Part shown: positions 1-10,554 of the stretch, in pieces
Layout: each line of letters begins with the position of its first letter
Position numbering within the stretch: the first letter of the stretch is position 1
Translations under genes and position numbers: made by a program
The notes under the pieces: generated by a model
Database searches by the model: none
Told to the model about the DNA's origin: nothing
The model's input: the letters and a program-made list of their open reading frames with translations, nothing else
Origin: Naegleria gruberi
Taxonomy: Eukaryota
Assembly: GCA_000004985.1 (NCBI GenBank)
Contig: GG738873.1
Length of the DNA: 64,000 nucleotides
Direction: 5' to 3' (one strand)

Positions 1-7
1 TTGTAGC

Positions 8-397
8 ATGACATATACACTTCCAGCAGAGATTAGACCATCTTTCCCTTTTAGCGAGATTACTTTCAAGACCCATGCAGAGCTTGATCAATTTTGGTTA
101 ACTGTTTGTTCAAAACATGTAAAATGGGTTTCTAATGAAGGAGCGGCACATGAGGATTTGCTCAAAAGTTTTGACAGAGCATTTTGGATTCGAAGACTTT
201 CTTCAAAGGAAGGTTGCAATGAAGTTAATGAACCATTAAGAGAGGAACATAATGAAACTACTCAATCTCGTCGTTGTCTGTGTCCTTTCAATGTCTATGA
301 GATGGATACCCACACATTCTTCCTGGCTGAGTCTGTTATGGGTCAAAACTTTTTAGGAACTTGGGTTCCAGAAACACCTTATAGAGCTTTAAGGTAA
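8..397 (+). CDS. Hypothetical protein fragment. The ORF is open from the window edge and may be an internal exon; a GTAAAT donor-like site follows at 396.
   Basis: 129-aa ORF open to the 5' window edge, with no homologue I recognise. AT-poor coding-like composition. Confidence 0.3.
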   Translation: MTYTLPAEIRPSFPFSEITFKTHAELDQFWLTVCSKHVKWVSNEGAAHEDLLKSFDRAFWIRRLSSKEGCNEVNEPLREEHNETTQSRRCLCPFNVYEMDTHTFFLAESVMGQNFLGTWVPETPYRALR

Positions 398-530
398 ATT
401 TTGACAAATTGTAAATATAAATCGATTCAAAACTCAAATTTTTGAACAATTTAATTTTATTCTTCACTACAAAGTACAACCGATAATGAATTGGCGCTAA
501 ATATTTTCAAACTCAAAAAAATTACAGAAA

Positions 531-967
531 ATGGCCTATCAGGTAGGTTATATCAGAATTAAAATAATGATGTTCATTCTGGAAATGATACTTCATTCCG
601 AAACTTTACTTTTTATTGGTGATCATCATGACAATAGTCAATAAATGCTAGAAAGGAAGAGTTCCGAAAGTATTTGGAAAAGAATGGAGTTGTAGAAAGT
701 TTTACTAAATCACTCGTTGCTTTGTATGAAGAACCAGAAAGACCACCAAATCCATTAGAGTAGGTTTTTAAATTTTCATCAATTTGGAATTAAATTTAAA
801 TTTAAAGCTACATTAAACATCATCTTGGAGGACCATCAGCCGAAGATATTGAACAATTAAAACAAGAAAACGAAAAACTCAAACAAAGAATTAAGGATCT
901 GGAGGAACAAAGAAATCAAAATGAGGATAAAAAGGATGACGATAAAAAAGATGATAGTCAGAAATAA
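531..967 (+). CDS. mycbp: c-Myc-binding protein (MYCBP/AMY-1) homologue, 3 exons: 531..542, 638..759, 808..967
   Basis: The spliced product is MAYQ|SINARKEEFRKYLEKNGVVESFTKSLVALYEEPERPPNPLD|YIKHHLGGPSAEDIEQLKQENEKLKQRIKDLEE.... It aligns colinearly with human MYCBP (…REQFRRYLEKSGVLDTLTKVLVALYEEPEKPNSALDFLKHHLG…). Donors are GTAGGT at 543 and 760; acceptors are AG at 636-637 and 806-807. Confidence 0.7.
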
Positions 968-1156
968 TCTCTCTTCCTCTCTCCTTAATAAACAACCTCC
1001 ACCACATTGTATTGTAATAAAATCTCTAGACTATTAATCATGGTTTTGTATGATCCAATGCTCTTCTTTGTGGTTCAGAGCATAAGGCAAACATCTTCAA
1101 AGGGTTTTAGATGATGTCTCAAACAAAGCTGGCAATGCACATCACTATTTTAGATA

Positions 1157-3451
1157 ATGCGCCCTCATCTCCTCTTTTTAAAAAAAAAAATGAGCACATG
1201 GATCGATGAAAGAAAGTCAAGCTCTAGCAGCTGCAGTTCGACACATAGTGATAGAAAAGACAGTATATCTGTTTGTATACCTCAATTACTAACGGATTCA
1301 ACAATAGTACCACATATTTTGGTTATTGACGATGATCCAGTGACTCGTAAAACATTAGCTAAACTTTTATCAAATCTTGGATACAAAAGTAGAACAGCAA
1401 GTGGAGGTAAAGAGGCTTTAAATCTTCTTGTACAAGATAACGAAGACCCTTTCCATTGCTTGTTAGTAGATGTTCTTATGCCGGAGATGGACGGTTTTGG
1501 ATTTCTTAGAGTTTTAAAACAAGCCATCAACAGAGAAATTCCTTGTATTATGATGAGTGGAAGTGAAGACCCTGAAACAGTCTCAAAATCATTTCAATGC
1601 GGAGCCGAAGATTTCCTTCCAAAACCTATCAAGGAAGAAATTCTTAGGGCAAGAATTCAAACCGTATTAGCCTATCGTGATCGAAGAATTAGAGAAAAAT
1701 TCTATATTAACAAGATTCATGAAGAACAACGATTAAGAAATCAATTACACATACAAGAAAAACAAAATGAAGAAGAGTTATTAGCCTTTAAAAAGAAGGT
1801 TGGTGAATCCATCGAAACACCTATTCAATTAATTGTTGGTGCTGTTGGTGATATCATTAGTGGAAATTTGGACAAAGAACAAACCAAACTTGCTTTAATA
1901 TCAGTTATGAAATCATTAAGTTCATCTAATTTGTATAGACCAGCCTTTTTGGATTCTTTAAAAACTGCAGAAATGGATGAAGCCACCCGAAAATGGCTTG
2001 TGAATCAATATACCAAAGATGCCGAAGAGTATAAAACAAAGATCAAGGCTGATAGAAGTGATAGCATTGATTCAACTGCCTCAAATGATTCTACTCCTGG
2101 TGTTGCTTTAGCTTCACCACTTCCACCAAAAACAGAAGTTTTACCTTATGATCTTGAAACATACAAACCTGATGTTGATGTAAAATCACTCAATTATGAT
2201 GCATTTAAGTATAATGATTATGAAGAACTCAAGAAGCACGCAATGTATTACTTTAAATCCCTCAATATGTTTGAAAGATTCAATATTAATCCGATCAAAC
2301 TTTGGAATTTCCTAGGAGAATTGAAAAAGAAGTATAGAAATAACCATTATCACAATTTTAGACATTGTTGTGATGTCACTCAATATCTCTTCATGCTCCT
2401 CAATCATGAAAAGATTGATAGTTTCTTCTCTGATATGGAAAAATTAGTACTCCTTCTCTCAGGTCTTACTCACGACATTGACCATCCAGGAGTTAACAAT
2501 AACTTCTTAATCATGACTGAAGATGAACTTGCATACAGATACAATGATAAGAGTGTATTGGAAAATTATCACGCTTTCAATGCTTTTAAAATTATGCAAA
2601 AGGATGAGTTCAATGTGTTGGATGGTTTAACAGAGGAACAATACAGAGAACTCAGGAAGATAATGGTTCAAACAATTCTTGCAACAGATATGACAAACCA
2701 CTTTTCAATCATTTCTATTTTTGAATCAAGAATTGGTACAGGTAGACTTTCTAATGAAAATGCTGAAGACAAATTGTTATTAATGAGAGTATTGATGAAA
2801 TGTTCCGATATCAGTAACCTTAGTAGACCTTTTGCAATTGCTAAGAAGTGGGCCAATGCCTGTATTAATGAGTTCTTTTCACAGGGTGATTTGGAAAGAC
2901 AAAAGGGATTACCAATCAGCCCTCTAATGGATAGAAATACTTTAGATTTTCCAAAATCTCAAATGGACTTTGGTAAATTCGTAGTTTCTCCTTTGTTTAA
3001 ATTACTTGCAACATCATTCAAAGAATTGAGCTATATTTATGAATCTGTCTGTAATAATATTGAAACATGGAAACAAATATTTGATGAAGAACAACTGAAA
3101 AAGGCCAAACAGTCTGAAATTGCAAAGGAAGAACCAAAAGAAACGAAAGAAAAGATTGAATCTCCTCAAACCGAAAAGCCTCAACAGCCCTCACAAACAG
3201 CTGAAACTCAAAGTACTACGTCCAACTCACCACCTACCACTTCTGTAAACAACACTTCCTCTACTTCATCATCTAACACTAGCAGTCCAACTGAATCCAC
3301 AACAAGTCAAACAACACTTGCAAGCCGTTCATCCAATGCTTCCACAAGCTCAACTCCTTCCAAAGGATCTAACCTCAACGTTTTGCTCCCAATCTTTATT
3401 CTAATTCTTTCTCTAATTTTGTATTTCCTTACTCAATCAACCTCTCAGTAA
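1157..3451 (+). CDS. regA: Response-regulator cAMP phosphodiesterase (RegA orthologue): N-terminal receiver domain plus HD-type PDE catalytic domain
   Basis: Receiver motif ILVIDDDPVTRKTLAKLL…LLVDVLMPEMDG, with the phospho-acceptor Asp in LLVD. PDEase_I motifs YHNFRHCCDV and LTHDIDHPGVNN, then the Ser/Thr-rich tail. The alternative start ATG at 1190 (MSTWIDE…) follows an A11 run. The C-terminus is the hydrophobic stretch LLPIFILILSLILYFL. Confidence 0.85.
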   Translation: MRPHLLFLKKKMSTWIDERKSSSSSCSSTHSDRKDSISVCIPQLLTDSTIVPHILVIDDDPVTRKTLAKLLSNLGYKSRTASGGKEALNLLVQDNEDPFHCLLVDVLMPEMDGFGFLRVLKQAINREIPCIMMSGSEDPETVSKSFQCGAEDFLPKPIKEEILRARIQTVLAYRDRRIREKFYINKIHEEQRLRNQLHIQEKQNEEELLAFKKKVGESIETPIQLIVGAVGDIISGNLDKEQTKLALISVMKSLSSSNLYRPAFLDSLKTAEMDEATRKWLVNQYTKDAEEYKTKIKADRSDSIDSTASNDSTPGVALASPLPPKTEVLPYDLETYKPDVDVKSLNYDAFKYNDYEELKKHAMYYFKSLNMFERFNINPIKLWNFLGELKKKYRNNHYHNFRHCCDVTQYLFMLLNHEKIDSFFSDMEKLVLLLSGLTHDIDHPGVNNNFLIMTEDELAYRYNDKSVLENYHAFNAFKIMQKDEFNVLDGLTEEQYRELRKIMVQTILATDMTNHFSIISIFESRIGTGRLSNENAEDKLLLMRVLMKCSDISNLSRPFAIAKKWANACINEFFSQGDLERQKGLPISPLMDRNTLDFPKSQMDFGKFVVSPLFKLLATSFKELSYIYESVCNNIETWKQIFDEEQLKKAKQSEIAKEEPKETKEKIESPQTEKPQQPSQTAETQSTTSNSPPTTSVNNTSSTSSSNTSSPTESTTSQTTLASRSSNASTSSTPSKGSNLNVLLPIFILILSLILYFLTQSTSQ

Positions 3452-3506
3452 ATTTTCTTCTACCTTTATCATGAAATTTTATTTTTATTTCAAAAGCAAA
3501 AAAAAA

Positions 3507-4623
3507 ATGAACAAGTCATCAGCTTCATCAGCAGCCATGGACACAGGCTTTCAATCGGTAAATATTACTGATGAGTTGGAGTTGCTGGTGATTCTTCTAG
3601 ATATTAATCCGTATACGTGGGGAAAAAGAAAATTGGACAATGAACAACAACAATCATCATCAGCAAAAAGTTTAATTTCCTTCTCACAATTTATAAATCA
3701 ACTTCTTGTATTCATTAACACTTTCCTAACTATTCAGAGAAATAAGAAAATAGCAGTTATTGCTAGTTCGGAAAACAACAAATCACATTTTCTATTTCCG
3801 AATAGATTTAGATCAAAGAAGGATGGTAAACATAACCATAATCAAATTCAAGTTAAGAGTACTGATAGTACAAGTATGTTAAACATGATGGGTGTAAAAT
3901 CAGGAGATGATATCGAAGATTTCTTCTTGAATGATATTGGTTTTGAGAGTGTACAAAATGCAGTCTTATCCGGATTAAATAGTGAAGAAGTTACTCCGAG
4001 TGAAGACACTGAATATATGGAAGATGATGGCAATCACACCACTTCAACAGCACAGGGTTTCTCCCTCAGTGGTGCCTTGTCTATGGCTTTGTGTTTTATT
4101 AACAGATTGGAAAAGGAAAAACCTTTGGGAATGTCACTCAATTCTAGAATTTTAACATTCCAAGTTTCTCCTGATATTTCATCACAATATATTTCTGTCA
4201 TGAATGCCATTTTCTCAGCAGAGAAAATGAGTATCATGTTAGATGCTTGTGTTTTATCAAATGATGATTCCACATTTTTACAACAAGCTTGCTTCTTAAC
4301 TGGAGGAAATTATTTGAAACCTCAACGACAAGAAGGTTTAATTCAATATTTATTAACTATTTTCATGTTGGAAAAGAGTCTTCGTTCTTATATTCAATTA
4401 CCTGTACAAAATACTGTAGATTTCAGAGCAAGTTGTTTCGAAACTAGAAAGCCAATTGATGATGGTTATGTTTGTCCTGTTTGTTTATCAAGTAAGTATT
4501 TTAATATGAATGTTATGAGAATTCTAACCCATTTCAGTTTTCAGTTCTCACAAGCCAGTCTGTTCTACCTGTGCCTCTAAGTTACAAAGACCGACCAATA
4601 GATCTGTACTTTCGTACAAGTAA
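3507..4623 (+). CDS. gtf2h3: TFIIH subunit p34/Tfb4 (GTF2H3), 2 exons: 3507..4491, 4538..4623, with a 46-nt intron
   Basis: N-terminal LLVILLDINPYTWG matches p34 LLVIVVDANPIWWG. The C-terminal zinc finger spans the intron: CPVCLS|IFSSHKPVCSTC, compared with human CSVCLSIFCNFSPICTTC. Donor GTAAGT at 4492, acceptor …TTTCAG at 4537. The ORF track stops at 4580 because it reads into the intron. Confidence 0.8.
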
Positions 4624-4675
4624 TGTAAATATAAATCTATCCTTAATAAACCTAATTTATAAACAATTTATTCAT

Positions 4676-5569
4676 CTAAGGAAAGTAAATTTCCCGAACC
4701 TTTACACATTCCTCATCATGGCTGGCATCTTGTAAAATTACTGGACGTTTCTTGTTGAGCATGAGAACGCAAGATGCACCAGCAAATTGAGTATCCTTTT
4801 CAATGCCAGTTCTATTGCAAGCAGCAAAATATGTGATTGGTTGACTTTTCATTATTGGGGCCATTCTCTCTACCCAATAGGATTGTGTAGAAAGGCAATC
4901 ACTTGGATCATCTCTATTTGCCAGCCAATTGGCAGCAAATAGAATTAGTTCAGATTCTTTATCTTTGTGGAAATTAGCAAACTCTTTAGCATAATAATCT
5001 GTTGAAAAGTCAGTTCCATTATTAATATCCATACAAATTCCTGCCCCCACTCTAATATAATTGTTACAATTTTCCTCATCATCAACTGGATCATCCTCCA
5101 ATATTTTCTTATCATTAATTCTTAAGATAAATGATTTAAATTCCTCTCCTTCTTGTGCCCATTTCATATCCTGTTCATACAAGAAGTGTTTTCTATAATT
5201 TACAAAAGATCCATCTGCCGAAACAATATAAATTGAATTAAATAATTTAAATGGTATTGCTGATCCTTGATTTTGTTCCTTCTCTGGATATCCACAAACT
5301 ACAGCACAATCATACATTTCCGATAAATTCTTGCAAAATTCATAACAGCTTCCCTTTCCTTGTTCCTCACAATACGGAAAAACATCATCATAATTATCAA
5401 ACATGTACCCACTCAGTGCCATCTCTGGAAACATTAAAATATCAAAACTCTTCTTTTCAAAGCCTTCCAATAATTTCCGAATTTTATTTTGATTTTGCTG
5501 TACCTGTTTAAATTGTACATTGAATTGACAAAAGGCTACACGAACCGTCCGAGAAGCATTTTTTATCAT
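4676..5569 (-). CDS. Carbon-nitrogen hydrolase family protein, protein N-terminal amidase (Nta1)-like
   Basis: CN-hydrolase signatures: FPEMALSGY (catalytic Glu region; compare yeast Nta1 FPEFALTGYSF) and a catalytic Cys in GAGICMDIN. Length 297 aa. Confidence 0.55.
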   Translation of the reverse strand: MIKNASRTVRVAFCQFNVQFKQVQQNQNKIRKLLEGFEKKSFDILMFPEMALSGYMFDNYDDVFPYCEEQGKGSCYEFCKNLSEMYDCAVVCGYPEKEQNQGSAIPFKLFNSIYIVSADGSFVNYRKHFLYEQDMKWAQEGEEFKSFILRINDKKILEDDPVDDEENCNNYIRVGAGICMDINNGTDFSTDYYAKEFANFHKDKESELILFAANWLANRDDPSDCLSTQSYWVERMAPIMKSQPITYFAACNRTGIEKDTQFAGASCVLMLNKKRPVILQDASHDEECVKVREIYFP

Positions 5570-5715
5570 TTTTTTTAATTTGTTTTTTTAAATTTGCAAT
5601 GTTTACAATAAAACGTCAAATTCTAATTTGGTCCTCAAATTGTTGCTCCACATATTCATGGTTCAAAACACAATCAATGATCATTTTGAGTCTAAGTATT
5701 ATCTCTAGATGCAAT

Positions 5716-7176
5716 TTAAATTCTGGCTCCATAATAGAAATGGTTCATTCTCTCCTCGAACAATAAATCAGAATATTCGAAAGCAAAACCGTTTTGCTTT
5801 ACGGCTTCCTTCTCCATCTCCTCATCTGGATATAATCGCTGCAGATATTTCAAGCAATGGCCATTAATTTTGATAAGACTCATTGCCATATCTCTGTCAA
5901 CATCTATGGCTGCATATTCTAGAACTGAAGGATAACCTTCTTTAACTAATTCCACTATGAATCCAGTATCTTCTCTCAACGCAGACGAGGCGTACATAAA
6001 TGATTCCTCAATAGAAGCCAAAGCTTCTTTAACAATCACCTTATCTGACTGTAGAGAGGGATGAACATACTGAAGAGCCAATCCTTGTTTTTTCACAATT
6101 TCTAACACAAATTCTCTATCACTCTTTAAATTATCTGAAGCTAAATAAAGAAATGACTGATTCTGTTTGTGATTTGCTGCTTCTATAAGAATCTCCTTAT
6201 CTACAACAAATTCATTTGGTACATATGTTAATGCCTCTGAATTTTGAGATACAGCAGCTAAAACAACATCTCTATCCATTCTTAGCCTATGTGATGCATA
6301 GTATATGAGCATTCCATCTTTTCTCATTAATTCAATAATAAACTCTTTGTTATCAATCAATGTAAAAGGAGCAAGTTCTAAAACAGAGTTTCTCTTCATT
6401 ATTAACTGTTTCATTAATTCCAAGTCTTGAAAACAATGTGGAATATGCTTAATAGCATATATTTCAGCAAGAGCTTGGACCATCACATCAAAATCATTTT
6501 TCAACTCGTCTGAAACAAATTCCAAGGCCCTTCCATTCAGTAACAAGGCAGCCAGTACAAATTCCTTATTATTTCTCAAACTATAAGGAGTTTCACTATT
6601 CAAATTGCAATCAGGAAGATTCATTCCCAAATATTTGTCGACCTTCGACACTTTTTCAATAAAGGATTGAGAATGAATCAAATCCTTCGATACAAATAAA
6701 ATTGCACGCCTATGTCTCGATACTATTTCCACATTAAAATCCTCATCACAATCAAAAAACAATAATATTTTAGGATCTAAAGAGATACAATCTAACAAGA
6801 ACTCTCTATCATCAAGTAATTCCCCAGGAATATCGTCAACCATACAAATACGATTTTTAAACAATTCAAGTGCTACTCGACGATTATACATTATAAACCT
6901 GGGAATCACCACTGTAGGAGTAATCTTTTGATTTTTAATTAAATTTAAAATCATATCTGTTTCTTTCATCCACTCGATTGGAATAAAACCTTCAAAAACC
7001 ATGCCACTCATCCGATCAAGCCTATTTTCCAACCATTTCTTCTTTCCTTTCTGTTGGTTAGAGAATTTACCTTTAAGAAGGCTTGTTAGAAATTCCAAAT
7101 GATCTTCAACTTCCGAATCATCACCCAATCCGTGTAAGGAACTTGACTGAGTAATAATCAAAACACAAGATGACAT
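5716..7176 (-). CDS. DUF4116 repeat-containing protein
   Basis: About 8 tandem ~36-aa repeats of the form (S/K)DRE(F/I)VL.AV.QNG.AL.Y(A/V)…L. This is the same repeat family found in the C-terminus of the kinase gene at 50865-53309. Confidence 0.6.
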   Translation of the reverse strand: MSSCVLIITQSSSLHGLGDDSEVEDHLEFLTSLLKGKFSNQQKGKKKWLENRLDRMSGMVFEGFIPIEWMKETDMILNLIKNQKITPTVVIPRFIMYNRRVALELFKNRICMVDDIPGELLDDREFLLDCISLDPKILLFFDCDEDFNVEIVSRHRRAILFVSKDLIHSQSFIEKVSKVDKYLGMNLPDCNLNSETPYSLRNNKEFVLAALLLNGRALEFVSDELKNDFDVMVQALAEIYAIKHIPHCFQDLELMKQLIMKRNSVLELAPFTLIDNKEFIIELMRKDGMLIYYASHRLRMDRDVVLAAVSQNSEALTYVPNEFVVDKEILIEAANHKQNQSFLYLASDNLKSDREFVLEIVKKQGLALQYVHPSLQSDKVIVKEALASIEESFMYASSALREDTGFIVELVKEGYPSVLEYAAIDVDRDMAMSLIKINGHCLKYLQRLYPDEEMEKEAVKQNGFAFEYSDLLFEERMNHFYYGARI

Positions 7177-7363
7177 TTTTTACATGAACAACTTTTAGTA
7201 TATTCTTACAATTTTTGAAAACATTATTCAGATCAGCAATTCATTTTGTAAATAAACATAAAACGTGATCCACCATGATTGGTATTAAGCAAGAGTAATA
7301 CTTTCTATTGATGTGAAGGTCACCTCATAAGCTACTCTTATCCAATATGCTAATAAAAATCTT

Positions 7364-10300
7364 TTGAAAGCCAAAAAAATGCAAAAACTCTCGTCCCACA
7401 CAAATATGAGGTTGATGGGTGTTGTCTTGTTGTTGGCGATCACAACACTCACTCTGATACAATCATCAATGGGGAATCATCAAAAAGCAAGTGGTGATAT
7501 TTATTTTAAAACTGTACACATCATTCCGCACAGCCATTGGGATGTTGGTTGGTTGAAAACAAAGAAAGATTATTATGAACAAGAAGTGAGAAACATTATC
7601 GGATCGGTGATTAAAGCTTTGACCGAAAAGCCTGATAGAAAATTTATATTTGTAGAGATGAGTTTTATTAGTTATTGGTGGGAAGATTCTTCAGTGAGCA
7701 AGGAAGAGAAAAATCTTTTCATGAAATTCTTGAATGAAAAGAGGATTGAATTTGCATTGGCAGCTATGACAATGTCTGATGAAGCAGCTAATACCTACTC
7801 TTCTGTTATTCACACATTGACAAGAGGACACCAATATGTAATTGACACTTTTAATACCAAAGATCGTGATTTTATTCCTACTTCATCATTTAGAATTGAT
7901 CCTTTTGGATCTACAACAACAATGACTCGTATTTATAGAGAATCTGGTTTGAGTGACACTGTTATTATGCGAATTCCACAAGGTAAACAAACGGAAATGA
8001 GAGATAATAAGCAAATGTCATTCTATTGGAATTTAGCTGATGGGTCTTCTGTGTATAGTAATATTATGGATTATCAATATTGTGTAAGAGCACTCTTCTT
8101 TGATGGAGAATCATCTATTTCATATGGCTCTGATGAAATTGTTGCAGATGAAATGCACAGAGAAATTTTGAAATACTCTTTGGGATTTAATCAATCTGAT
8201 ATTATGCTTCCTGGAGGTTGTGATTTCTCATTCCAAAATGCTCCAGAAAGATTTGCTAAAATCGAAAAAGGTATGAAGTATATCAATGACCATCCTGAAA
8301 TCTATCCATATAAGGTTAAATTCTCACTCTTAAGTGAATATATGCAAGCTTCTAGACCTAAAAAATCTGGAGATGTTTATTCATACAATGCTGACTTTAT
8401 GCCATATGCAGATGGTCCAAATGCATTCTGGACTGGTTATTATACATCTTATCCAATTTTGAAACAAGCCATCAGAACTGCTGAAAGCTTCTTTAGAGCT
8501 GCCAAAGCACTCTTTGCCATCAGTACACCATATGTCAAAGATGATCAAAGAAAAGGATTTATTGAACAAGGATTTAAACAATTAGATCAGTTGGCCGTCT
8601 CTATGGCTGATGTTACTCACCACGACGCTGTAACTGGTACCTCCAAATTAGAAGTTACCAAAGATTACATTGATTCATTGTCTGATGGTGTAAAGGAGGC
8701 TAAGCAAGCATTGACTCAATCATTAACTGCTCTTATTACCAGCAAGTTATCACAATCAGATATTGTATTGGAAGATTATCTGAATAAGTTGGTTTCAAAC
8801 AGCTTCTCTTTTACAGAACTTATGCAAAAGTTCTCCTCCCTCATTAGTCAAAGAAAATACAGCTATTCCATTCCAATTGTACTTTTCAATAGTCTCTCAT
8901 GGGACATTGAGAACCATGTAGAAACAATTGGTCCAGATGAAGCAGCTCCATTTTCCTCAATTATCAAACAAATATGCTTCTTTTCTATGGAAGGAACTAG
9001 ATTGAAATCACAATACTCAAAATCTGTACTTGCTCCTGATGAATATGATTTGCATTTCGTCGTTCCAAAAATTCCAGCCCTTGGCTATACAACTGTTCTC
9101 ATTAAGCCATGTGATACTATGGAGCAAGGAAGTATTAATGAAGAAATTATCAACATAGAAGACAAACCATACACTATTTCCAACTCAAAGACTAGTGTCA
9201 CTTTCTGTAAGAAGAACAATATGGTCTCTCTTTGTTCAATTGAAAAAGAAGGAAATAAGTATGAAATCTCCCAAAAACTAATGACCTATACAGGAATTTC
9301 AGGCTACACCTTTGGAGTTAATCAACAAAAGAGCGGTGCCTACATCTTTGCTCCAAAGAGCCAAGAACCAACTCTTATTACTCCTACCTCTAGCTCTCTT
9401 CTCATTTCTAATTCAATCTCTAACAACATTTTCACACAAGTGGAACAAACTGTTGAAAAATATGTTAAACAAATAGTTAGACTTTATCAACCAGAAATTG
9501 CTCAAAAGCAAGGATATGATTTGGAATATATTTACTACTTTGATGATATTCCTGGTGATGACGAAATAATTACCAAGTTCGATGCTTCAGCATTTATTTC
9601 CTCTAAGGGCGTATTCTATTGTGATAAGAATGGTTTGGAAACAGTTAAATCAAATACCAAGAGCAAAGTTGAAGCAACTTATCTCCCAATTGTATTTAAC
9701 TGTTTTATCAGAGATGAAGAAAAGAAGACTCAATTGACTCTCTTTGTTTCTGAAACTCATGGTGCTGCTAGTATGAAGAATGGTGAATTGGAAATTATGC
9801 TCCACAGAAGAACCCTCAGTGATGATGGTAGAGGTGTAGATCAACCAGTTAATGATGAATCTAATATTGCTATTAATATTAAGGTTAGAATTGATTCTAC
9901 CTCAGCCGAACCTAATTTGAGAGGCATTCTTTATCCAAAGGTTGCTCTCACAATCAATTTCCCTCCATTCGTTGCGCCATTCCAAAAGTCTTTCTATACA
10001 CCAATTAATAGAGATTTTGTGGATACTTTCTCTATGAGAAATTTGGTAACATCATTCTCCATTCTCGAGAAACCATTACCATCATCTATTCATGTTTCCA
10101 ATATTGATATTGTTCTCAACAGAAAGAACCCATCAGCATCTGATGTTAAAGCTCTTGTTCAACTTCAAAGTTTGGACATCAACTCTGAGCAGGCTCAATT
10201 CAGTTTGACTGATTGCTTTAAGAAGGAATTTATTGATAAGAAGATTCGCTCAATGAATGAAACCAATCTTTCCACATCAAGAACCAGAGGCCCAATCCCA

Positions 10301-10531
10301 ACCAATAGCAAGATTGAGCTTTCTCCTTTCAATTTCAGAACATTCCTTTTAAGACAAGGAAGACATGCACAGAAATTAATCTTCAAAGAACAAGATCAAG
10401 CCCTAGAATGGACTTTCACTGTTGGTTTAATGATTGGATGTATTTCAATGATTGCCCTCTTAGCAACTCTTGTTGTTTACTTTATCTATCACCAAGCCAA
10501 ATACGCATACACAATGCTCGAAAATAAATAA
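7364..10531 (+). CDS. Glycoside hydrolase family 38 alpha-mannosidase with signal peptide and C-terminal TM segment
   Basis: GH38 motif HIIPHSHWDVGWLKT near the N-terminus. The 1055 aa length is typical of lysosomal/class II alpha-mannosidases. Hydrophobic signal peptide MRLMGVVLLLAITTLTLIQS and C-terminal TM LMIGCISMIALLATLVVYFIY. Confidence 0.85.
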   Translation: MKAKKMQKLSSHTNMRLMGVVLLLAITTLTLIQSSMGNHQKASGDIYFKTVHIIPHSHWDVGWLKTKKDYYEQEVRNIIGSVIKALTEKPDRKFIFVEMSFISYWWEDSSVSKEEKNLFMKFLNEKRIEFALAAMTMSDEAANTYSSVIHTLTRGHQYVIDTFNTKDRDFIPTSSFRIDPFGSTTTMTRIYRESGLSDTVIMRIPQGKQTEMRDNKQMSFYWNLADGSSVYSNIMDYQYCVRALFFDGESSISYGSDEIVADEMHREILKYSLGFNQSDIMLPGGCDFSFQNAPERFAKIEKGMKYINDHPEIYPYKVKFSLLSEYMQASRPKKSGDVYSYNADFMPYADGPNAFWTGYYTSYPILKQAIRTAESFFRAAKALFAISTPYVKDDQRKGFIEQGFKQLDQLAVSMADVTHHDAVTGTSKLEVTKDYIDSLSDGVKEAKQALTQSLTALITSKLSQSDIVLEDYLNKLVSNSFSFTELMQKFSSLISQRKYSYSIPIVLFNSLSWDIENHVETIGPDEAAPFSSIIKQICFFSMEGTRLKSQYSKSVLAPDEYDLHFVVPKIPALGYTTVLIKPCDTMEQGSINEEIINIEDKPYTISNSKTSVTFCKKNNMVSLCSIEKEGNKYEISQKLMTYTGISGYTFGVNQQKSGAYIFAPKSQEPTLITPTSSSLLISNSISNNIFTQVEQTVEKYVKQIVRLYQPEIAQKQGYDLEYIYYFDDIPGDDEIITKFDASAFISSKGVFYCDKNGLETVKSNTKSKVEATYLPIVFNCFIRDEEKKTQLTLFVSETHGAASMKNGELEIMLHRRTLSDDGRGVDQPVNDESNIAINIKVRIDSTSAEPNLRGILYPKVALTINFPPFVAPFQKSFYTPINRDFVDTFSMRNLVTSFSILEKPLPSSIHVSNIDIVLNRKNPSASDVKALVQLQSLDINSEQAQFSLTDCFKKEFIDKKIRSMNETNLSTSRTRGPIPTNSKIELSPFNFRTFLLRQGRHAQKLIFKEQDQALEWTFTVGLMIGCISMIALLATLVVYFIYHQAKYAYTMLENK

Positions 10532-10554
10532 TTTATTGAACTACCTCTGATAGT

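Noticed and set aside
1282-4273. Small antisense/nested ORFs (1282..1530, 2668..2856, 3848..4033, 4034..4273) and similar 60-140-aa ORFs elsewhere (e.g. 8381..8581, 12003..12770, 24604..25086, 46346..46811, 63053..63505)
   Set aside because: All lie within longer, homology-supported genes on the opposite strand or in another frame. They have no motifs and are at the lengths expected by chance in coding regions.
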